Below, piece by piece: positions 8,283-14,638 of a DNA stretch of 14,638 nt; positions within the stretch are counted from its first letter, which is position 1; each line of letters begins with the position of its first letter. This DNA is from Armatimonadota bacterium (lineage in GTDB: Bacteria > Armatimonadota > Zipacnadia > Zipacnadales > UBA5352): the NCBI GenBank assembly GCA_034722055.1, contig JAYENL010000033.1:1-14638 (forward strand). The letters run 5' to 3'. The notes under the pieces are model-generated. The model was given only the letters and a program-made list of their open reading frames with translations, had not been told where the DNA came from and made no database searches. The position numbers were made by a program, and so were the translations under genes.

Positions 8283-8588
8283 ACTAACTCACCCCACCAA
8301 CCGTCCGTACGCAACTTCATCGCATTCCCAATTCGCTGCTGTCTCTACTTGCCTGACCAGTAAGCCCTGACGAAACTAAGCCGTTTCAAAGCCTCCATTC
8401 ATCTGCATTGTCGCCGTGTCCGTATGGGTTGCAGAGGACACTCGTTCCTCCCATCTTGCTGAAGCCCTGTGCCTCGTCCTGCTTGATCTGCGGTTCCGCT
8501 TCGCCCATGTCTTCTCCACCCTCTACCGGCACCGAACACCAGACGACCTTTCATACATCCGTTTTCGCCTCTCAGACCAGTATCTCAC

Positions 8589-9590
8589 TCAAGCCTGCGA
8601 CTCCCCCAACCGGAGTTGTCTCACCTGTGGCAGTTGCACGGGCTCGTCCCGCGTCTCATCTTTCAGCTCCTCGTACACTGACTCAGCCATATGCTCGCCG
8701 CCCTCCCCTAGGAATCGAAGTGCGGAGCCCACTACGTAATTCCTCCGTTTTTCGAAGGCCATCCACTTACGACCCAATTTCTCGGCAGCTGCTCCCGTCG
8801 TGTTCGAACCTGCAAAAATGTCTATCACTAAGTCGTCCCGATCGGTCAAGAACTTAATGAAGAACTCAGGTAGATCCTGTGGAAAGCGGGCGGGATGGCG
8901 CTTCAGACCTATTTCTCGACAAAGACGCAGGTACTGAGAATTGCTTTCCGTGTTCGGTATCTCCAATAGATTCGGCGGGATGGCTCCCCCTTTGTCCTCG
9001 CGAAAGCGATCACTGATATCGTGACCGGATGGACGTTTTTTGGGCGAGTAATAGTCATCTCCCTTCTTCAAGAGTTGCTTCATTCTCTCGGAGTATGGTT
9101 TGAGCACATTGCGCACATCTGCCTTTGGGAAATCAGTCTTTGAGAGCCACCATACTGTGTTGACCGCATCTTTCGCACGGATCTTCCGCTTGTTTACCCA
9201 CTCGATCGGCGATGGCAGTTTTGACGGGTTATACCAGAAGAACTCCTCCGCAAGCCTGAAATCCTGCTCATCACACAACCGGATAAGCAGTCGGTAGTTG
9301 TATAGTGACCTGACCGGCCTGCCCTTACGATAGGCTCCACCCAAATCTATAACAAAGCTGCCCTCATCCTTTATCACCCGTCGCACTTCAGAGGTAAAGT
9401 TGAGCAGCCAATCTACATAGTTGTCTTGATCTTTGTTGCCATATTCCTTTTCTCTCTGCAGGGCAAAGGGCGGCGACGTTAGCACGAGGTCCACAGAGTC
9501 ATCATCCAGTGACCTGAGCAGCGCCAACGCATCTCCCACATACGCTTCCCCGTGTGCAGTTTGGTACAATGGCATCGGTAGACTATCCAT
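8589..9590 (-). CDS. Beta-class amino DNA methyltransferase, close homologue of M.PvuII (N4-cytosine), 333 aa
   Basis: Motif IV TSPPFALQR precedes motif I DIFAGSNTTG. Segments recalled from M.PvuII are near-identical: NPSKLPSPIEWVNKRKIR.KDAVNTVWW.SKT, RPSGHDI, GG.IPPNLL and HPARFP..LPEFFI. ATG 9590 overlaps the upstream TGA (TGATG), with a GAGGAG RBS. Confidence 0.93.
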   Translation of the reverse strand: MDSLPMPLYQTAHGEAYVGDALALLRSLDDDSVDLVLTSPPFALQREKEYGNKDQDNYVDWLLNFTSEVRRVIKDEGSFVIDLGGAYRKGRPVRSLYNYRLLIRLCDEQDFRLAEEFFWYNPSKLPSPIEWVNKRKIRAKDAVNTVWWLSKTDFPKADVRNVLKPYSERMKQLLKKGDDYYSPKKRPSGHDISDRFREDKGGAIPPNLLEIPNTESNSQYLRLCREIGLKRHPARFPQDLPEFFIKFLTDRDDLVIDIFAGSNTTGAAAEKLGRKWMAFEKRRNYVVGSALRFLGEGGEHMAESVYEELKDETRDEPVQLPQVRQLRLGESQA

Positions 9591-11077
9591 CAATACTCCT
9601 CCACATTCCAGATCCAGCTTGTCATGATTTTCCAGAGTACAGTCACCGCAAAATAGACCTCCGGATCTTTTTCCCTCAAGCGCTCAATCTCACCAATATA
9701 CTCATCCTTGTCCTGTGTGCCAACCACATAAGCCACCCACTGCCGGGCATCATCATCAACTAATAGATCGATCATGTCATCAATCTCGAACTCCCCGGCA
9801 TTGCTCAGAGCCCACGCAATCCCAGGCCGCAACCTGTCGGGGGCCTCTGGGAACCGCTCGATGACCTCTGGCGTGAAATGCTCGCATACCTTGCCTAGAG
9901 CCCTGCAAGCCTCTACTCTTATACGATCCTCGACAGATGCGAAACTCTTGATCAAGGCCTCGATCGCCAGTTTGCTCCTCAGTTCTCCCAAGGCCCAAGC
10001 AGCTCCGGCACGTATGTCGGGGTGTTGTTCATCATCGACGAAAACGTCTATCAGCATTCTGCACGATCTATCACTCTCAATTTCTCCCAGGACAATTACC
10101 GCTTCAAGTCTATTCTGAAGGTAATCGTCACGCAGGCACTTCGCAATGAAATCATACCCCAACGCCTCTCCGCGCCGCGCCAGGCCCCCAGCCGCCTCCA
10201 AACGTACGTAAATGTGTTCTCCCTCGTCAGTCACCTTGGCAGCCAATGCATCAGTCACGTCACCCGACCGAATGGTACCCAGTGCCTTCACGCCTGTGTA
10301 CCTGTCAGTCAGAGATGGACTCTCGAGTGCCCTTATGTAGTCAGACCCTGTAGCAGATTCTTCACATTCAAATCCTTTCACGACAGGCACTACTGAAGCC
10401 AGGATCTGGTTTCTGTCCACCTCTTCGCCTTCCACTACCAGCGCCGACAGCTCCCTATCCTTCTTTTGCCTTTGCAGCGTGATGGTCCGTCCGTCGGATG
10501 CTCTTTCGTATTGGATTCGCTTCTCATCAACATTGGTTATGGTTCCCGCGGCGCTGGCTTTGCTGGTAGGCCAGATAATCCGTATCTCGAATCCTTCTTG
10601 CGCACCCTTTGGACGGCTGACGACCGCACTTCCCTCCTCTGCAGCCTTCCGAAGCGCCTCAACTCTCACATACTGTACAGGTCCAGCAGTCGTCCAAGCG
10701 ACCGGTTCCTCCCCATCCTTCTCACACGCGACCAGTCCAACGAAGTCTTCATCAGCCAGTCCGTAATCCCAGCCGCGCTCAGGGTCCGCCTCAGAATGAG
10801 ACATGGATATCTCTAGCTTGGTCTTCGCTCTGCTCTCCACACATCGCCCACAGGCTACACACAGGATGTCTGGAACTCTGATCCGCTTGATCTTGATGTT
10901 CTTCCAGATCTTGAAGCTGGTGGATCCTCGCTCCAGCTCTATGGGTTGATGTCCTTGTCCCTCCAAATCTGAGAGGACCGCGCGTGTACCCGTAGCACCC
11001 ATCGAGATCTTCTCAAGGAAGCTGGTATCCGACTTGAATGACCTTCTAATAGTACTTACCTCCTCTTCACCATACAA
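9590..11077 (-). CDS. HEAT-repeat protein with N-terminal putative PD-(D/E)xK nuclease domain; candidate restriction/defence effector
   Basis: N-terminal G..G...V...L...G helix and VPDILCVACGRCVESRAK. C-terminal repeats VRLEAAGGLAR, NRLEAVIVLGEI, IRAGAAWALGEL, IRVEACRALGKV and LRPGIAWALSNA. Coupled to the MTase. Start is TTG 11077 or ATT 11050. Confidence 0.8.
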   Translation of the reverse strand: MYGEEEVSTIRRSFKSDTSFLEKISMGATGTRAVLSDLEGQGHQPIELERGSTSFKIWKNIKIKRIRVPDILCVACGRCVESRAKTKLEISMSHSEADPERGWDYGLADEDFVGLVACEKDGEEPVAWTTAGPVQYVRVEALRKAAEEGSAVVSRPKGAQEGFEIRIIWPTSKASAAGTITNVDEKRIQYERASDGRTITLQRQKKDRELSALVVEGEEVDRNQILASVVPVVKGFECEESATGSDYIRALESPSLTDRYTGVKALGTIRSGDVTDALAAKVTDEGEHIYVRLEAAGGLARRGEALGYDFIAKCLRDDYLQNRLEAVIVLGEIESDRSCRMLIDVFVDDEQHPDIRAGAAWALGELRSKLAIEALIKSFASVEDRIRVEACRALGKVCEHFTPEVIERFPEAPDRLRPGIAWALSNAGEFEIDDMIDLLVDDDARQWVAYVVGTQDKDEYIGEIERLREKDPEVYFAVTVLWKIMTSWIWNVEEY

Positions 11078-11768
11078 AGGAACCAGCGCACCGACCTCAC
11101 GTCGTCTCCAGTATTTGTTTCTTGCATCATATTATGCCCAGTGACCATAGAGATTTAGTTTGATTCATGATTAAAAAGATTTCCGCAATCACAGAGAACG
11201 GTGAGAACACGTAGAGGTCAAGTCGCGTTTTGGCCAGACGCTTATCATACGGAGAAGCACGGATCCCCCCTACCGTCTCGTTCCCGGGTCCCCGGTCTCT
11301 CTTCTCCGCCTCGACAGTCGATACCTTCACAGGCGGCGCTTGGGAAGCTGCGCGCCCACAGCAGAGGCCGGAGCGGCCTCGCCGGAAGGGGAATCTGCAG
11401 ATCACTGGTGAGGCAGGAGACTGAGTCCGATGCGCAGGCGCTCCGCAGTTGACTCCGCGAAGAACTGATCGCCATCTTCGCCGGGAAGGACCAGGTCCGG
11501 CTGGCCTACTCGACTGTGGCCTGGTCGCGCGTTGCCATCCGCGAACGCAATCGCGTCTGTCCAACTCAACTCGGCTCGTGCCCGGACGCCGCTGCCCGTC
11601 TACAGAAGAATCCGACCCTGGCCGAGCGAACCTCGCGCCGAGACTGCGTACGTGATCCGGGATGGGAGGGCCGACTGGAGGCGCGGGAACGGCACGGCGA
11701 TGGGCGGTGCGTGCCGATGGCCGCGGCTGCTGGACAAGGTCGTGGCGCCCGTGAACCGGGGACCTCCT

Positions 11769-11900
11769 ATGCGCGTGTCGGCCCCCATGATCGCTACAGC
11801 ACTCCCGGTGGCCGCGCGATGCTTCGGACGCCAGGAGGTGACGCTGCTGAATCCGAGCTTCGAGGACGTCGATAGGGCGACCGTGGACCGACCGGCTACG
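11769..11900 (+). pseudogene. Possible remnant of a secreted carbohydrate-binding protein N-terminus
   Basis: MRVSAPMIATALPVAARCFGRQEVTLLNPSFEDVD: decayed signal-like segment plus LLNPSFE, typical of the start of CBM4/9-like domains. Sequence becomes uninformative afterwards. Confidence 0.3.
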
Positions 11901-11955
11901 CGACAATGCTGCCAGGTGCGCCGCATGCCACCGCCGATGGAGAGGGAGAGCTGCC

Positions 11956-12363
11956 ATGGCCCGCATCCTGTGCGTTGATGATGAGCCGAACGTCCTTGCC
12001 GGGCTCAACCGCGCCCTGAGCCGTGAGGGGCACGAGGTGCTGACGGCTTCGAGCGAGGAGGAGGCGCTCGAGGCGGCCGCGCAGCATCGCCCCGACCTGA
12101 TGATCCTCGATGTCATGATGCCGGAGGGGACGGAGGGCTTCCACGTGGTGTGGAAGCTGCGGCAGATGGAGGAGGAAGGCGTGGCCCAGACCCCCGTCAT
12201 CATGGCCACGGGCATCCACGATAAGACCGAGCTGCGCTTCCGTCCCGACGAGTCGCTGGGGCCCGTCAACCCGGCGGAGTTCCTGCCGATCCAGGCGTGG
12301 CTTGACAAGCCCTACAGCAACGAGGAGCTCTACAGCGCGGTGGAGCGAGTGCTCGGCGGGTAA
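11956..12363 (+). CDS. Single-domain response regulator (receiver)
   Basis: MARILCVDDE, PDLMILDVMMP (phospho-Asp), PVIMATG and WLDKP. GGGAGAG RBS. Confidence 0.92.
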   Translation: MARILCVDDEPNVLAGLNRALSREGHEVLTASSEEEALEAAAQHRPDLMILDVMMPEGTEGFHVVWKLRQMEEEGVAQTPVIMATGIHDKTELRFRPDESLGPVNPAEFLPIQAWLDKPYSNEELYSAVERVLGG

Positions 12364-12562
12364 CGGGGGTGCATCGACTGGGGAGAGCATCTGGTTCCCC
12401 GCGTTCCTCTTCAGCCCATACACGAGGGGGAGATACCGGGGGGCGCCGACGCCGTTCGGTATGCGCCGCGCGGACGCTTTTCCATGCCGTCGAAAGGGGA
12501 TTGTGGCCCGCGCGGAGAAGCTCGCTCTCGCCAGCGTACCTCGCCACGGGAGCGCAGTGACG

Positions 12563-14482
12563 ATGGCACGACGTGTGGGGCTCTACGCGGTGGGCGTCAC
12601 CATCGGCCTGGCAAGCGGCCTTTTGACAGCCTGGCTGTGCCATCCCTCCATGCCCGCCGGGCTGATCAGTCAGCGGCTCTACGAGGGCGAGCTGGCCCTC
12701 TACGATTACCGCATGGCCTACGCCCCCTTCCCGGGCCGCAGCCCCGATATCGTCCTGGTCACCATCGACGAGGAGTCCTTCTCACAGCCGGAGCTGAGCG
12801 GTTGGCCATGGCCGCGCAGACACCACGCCACGGTGATCGGCACGCTGGCCGCAGGCGGGGCCAAGCTGATCGGCATCGACATGATCCTCTCCGGCACCAG
12901 CTCCGACGAGACGCCGCCGGAGGACGTAGACCCCTTCTTCTGGGAGCCGCCGCTGTCAGAGGATGACAGGAGGCTGGTGAAGGCGCTGGAGGAGGCGGGC
13001 AACGTCGTGCTGGCCATGGAGGTGGTCTCGGAGGCTGTGGCGGGGGATGAGACGGCCGGCGAGCTGATCGTCGCGAACTTCCCCCACCCCGACTTCGAGG
13101 ACGCCGCGCTGGGGCTGGCCGCCGCCAACCTCTCGAAGGACATCGATGGAACCGCTCGCCGATACCTCACCTCCGTCACACATCAGGATGAGCAGTTCCC
13201 CACGCTGGGCGTGGCCGTGGCGGCGCTGTCGAGGGGAGTGGAGCCCACTGCGCTCGCGGAGCGGGTGCTCGCCGCCGCGCACTCCTCACACCCGGCGCTG
13301 CCCGACAGGGACTATCTGGTCAACTACCGCGGCCCCATCGGCCGGGGCTTCGAGCGCATCCCATACTACCGCCTGCTCGATGACGACTTCGAGCCGGAGG
13401 TCGCAGGCAAGATCGTGCTCATCGGCGCGTCCGCCCGCGCCCTGCAGGACCTCTACGACACGCCGGTGTCCATGCGGGGGGTGCCGGGCACCTCACAGGG
13501 CTACGCGGAGATGGCCGGCGTCGAGATCATCGCGAACGCGGCTGACACCGTCCTCAGGGGTCGCTACGTGCTGCCCGTACCCGTGTGGCAGACGGTGCTG
13601 GTAACCCTGGCGCTGTCGCTGCTGATGGCCGCAGCGACCGTCTGGCTGCGCCCGCTGAAGGCCCTGCCGCTGGCGTTGCTGCCGCTCATGGCGCTGGCGG
13701 TCGTGCTGACCTTCGAGGTCATGTGGAGGCGCGGGATGTGGGTGCCGCTGATGCCGGTGGCGCTGGGCCTGACGCTGACCTACGTCCTGGAGACCGTGCA
13801 TCTGGAGCTGACCGCCGAGCGTGAGGAGAGGCGCATCCGGCAGGCGTGGTCGATGCGCGTCTCGCCGGAGGTGCTAAGGGTCATCCTCAGCAATCCGGGG
13901 ATGACCAAGGTGGGGGGCAGCCACGTGGAGGGGACGGTGTTCTTCTCCGACCTGCGCGACTTCACGAGCTTCTGTCATAGCTGTCCGCCGGAGGACGTCG
14001 TGGAGCAGGTCAACACATACCTGACCGCGTGCACGGAGATCATCCGGAACCACGGGGGGACTGTGCACAAGTTCATCGGCGACGGCGTCATGGCCGTGTT
14101 CGGCGACCCCGTGCCGCAGGAGGATCACGCCGATCGGGCGCTGGCCGCCAGCGTGGAGATCCAGCGCCGCATGGCCCAGCTGCGGGAAGCGGCCGGGGAG
14201 GGGGACTGGCCCATGCACGTGCGCATCGGCCTGCACAGCGGCGAGCTGGTCGCCGGCGACATCGGCTCGGAGAACATGCTGGAGTACACGGTGATGGGCG
14301 ACACCGTGAGCATCGCCTCACGACTTGAGGCCCTCAACAAGGAGCTCGGCACGCAGATACTCATGAGCGAGGACACCGCCGCGCTGCTGGACAGCGCGAC
14401 GGCGGTGCGGACTCTGGGCGAGGTGGAGGTGCGGGGCCGGCCGGAGCCGCTGGAGGTCTACACGGTCGAAGCCGAGCCATGA
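12563..14482 (+). CDS. CHASE2-domain class III adenylate/guanylate cyclase, 639 aa
   Basis: N-terminal TM, then CHASE2 motifs IVLVTIDEES, WPWPR..HA, DIDGTARR, GKIVLIGA and GVEIIANA, three TM helices, and cyclase motifs FFSDLRDFT, HKFIGDGVMAVFG, RIGLHSG and EYTVMGDTVSIASRLE. Start ATG 12563 or GTG 12557 after GGGAG. Confidence 0.93.
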   Translation: MARRVGLYAVGVTIGLASGLLTAWLCHPSMPAGLISQRLYEGELALYDYRMAYAPFPGRSPDIVLVTIDEESFSQPELSGWPWPRRHHATVIGTLAAGGAKLIGIDMILSGTSSDETPPEDVDPFFWEPPLSEDDRRLVKALEEAGNVVLAMEVVSEAVAGDETAGELIVANFPHPDFEDAALGLAAANLSKDIDGTARRYLTSVTHQDEQFPTLGVAVAALSRGVEPTALAERVLAAAHSSHPALPDRDYLVNYRGPIGRGFERIPYYRLLDDDFEPEVAGKIVLIGASARALQDLYDTPVSMRGVPGTSQGYAEMAGVEIIANAADTVLRGRYVLPVPVWQTVLVTLALSLLMAAATVWLRPLKALPLALLPLMALAVVLTFEVMWRRGMWVPLMPVALGLTLTYVLETVHLELTAEREERRIRQAWSMRVSPEVLRVILSNPGMTKVGGSHVEGTVFFSDLRDFTSFCHSCPPEDVVEQVNTYLTACTEIIRNHGGTVHKFIGDGVMAVFGDPVPQEDHADRALAASVEIQRRMAQLREAAGEGDWPMHVRIGLHSGELVAGDIGSENMLEYTVMGDTVSIASRLEALNKELGTQILMSEDTAALLDSATAVRTLGEVEVRGRPEPLEVYTVEAEP

Positions 14483-14500
14483 AATGCCTTACGCCTCGCC

Positions 14501-14541
14501 GGCTCCTTAAGCCGCCCCTCTGGGGCGCTGGCGGCGGAGCC
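14501..14541 (+). terminator. Interrupted hairpin downstream of the cyclase (terminator or REP-like)
   Basis: GGCTCC (14501-14506)/GGAGCC (14536-14541) and GCCGCC (14511-14516)/GGCGGC (14530-14535) arms, about 20 nt after the stop. Confidence 0.35.
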
Positions 14542-14638
14542 TGCAACGCAAATGTCTATAGGGCTATCCGGTTGACTCAGGTTGATGTTGAATTGGTGAG
14601 TTGGCGGGGCAGATCGCGCCGCCTCGGAGCTGGTCGCC

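Larger units (their letters stand above)
8065..11250. mobile_element. Horizontally acquired lower-GC island (defence-type cargo, no mobility gene visible)
   Basis: Abrupt shift to many A/T-ending codons and AT-rich spacers (e.g. 11110-11190) compared with the flanks. Left edge coincides with two truncated genes. Boundaries approximate. Confidence 0.6.

Noticed and set aside
8050..11300. att sites or target-site duplication flanking the island
   Set aside because: Only short matches (e.g. TCCCGGGT near 8103 and 11282), compatible with chance. No integrase, transposase or tRNA in the window.
11127..12308. 393-aa - strand ORF upstream of the HEAT gene, considered as a controller protein
   Set aside because: Partly antisense to the receiver gene, Arg/Pro/Ser-rich, with no HTH. 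No C-protein or C-box was recognisable.
1..14638. Possible avoidance of the PvuII site CAGCTG
   Set aside because: I noticed sites near 8786 and 14177, but a by-eye count over 14.6 kb cannot establish depletion. A genome-wide Markov-based k-mer test is needed.

Overview
High-GC bacterial chromosomal window (roughly 70% GC by eye) interrupted by a lower-GC island at about 8065-11250. The host part encodes, left to right: a REP-like hairpin cluster, a sulfotransferase, larB, a B12-binding radical SAM enzyme, a single ORF fusing a NarL/LuxR-type response regulator to a membrane histidine kinase, a cold-shock protein, a 5'-truncated DUF4091-like gene, a stand-alone receiver protein and a CHASE2 class III nucleotide cyclase. 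The island holds the most interesting element, a translationally coupled two-gene operon. One gene is a close M.PvuII-like N4-cytosine methyltransferase. Its partner is not PvuII-like but a ~490 aa protein with a putative PD-(D/E)xK nuclease domain carrying a CxxC, a barrel-sandwich-like insert and HEAT repeats, possibly starting at a non-canonical ATT. This is a candidate atypical restriction-modification/defence system. Several gene remnants and apparent deletion junctions are also present. All family calls come from motif recognition; no searches were run.
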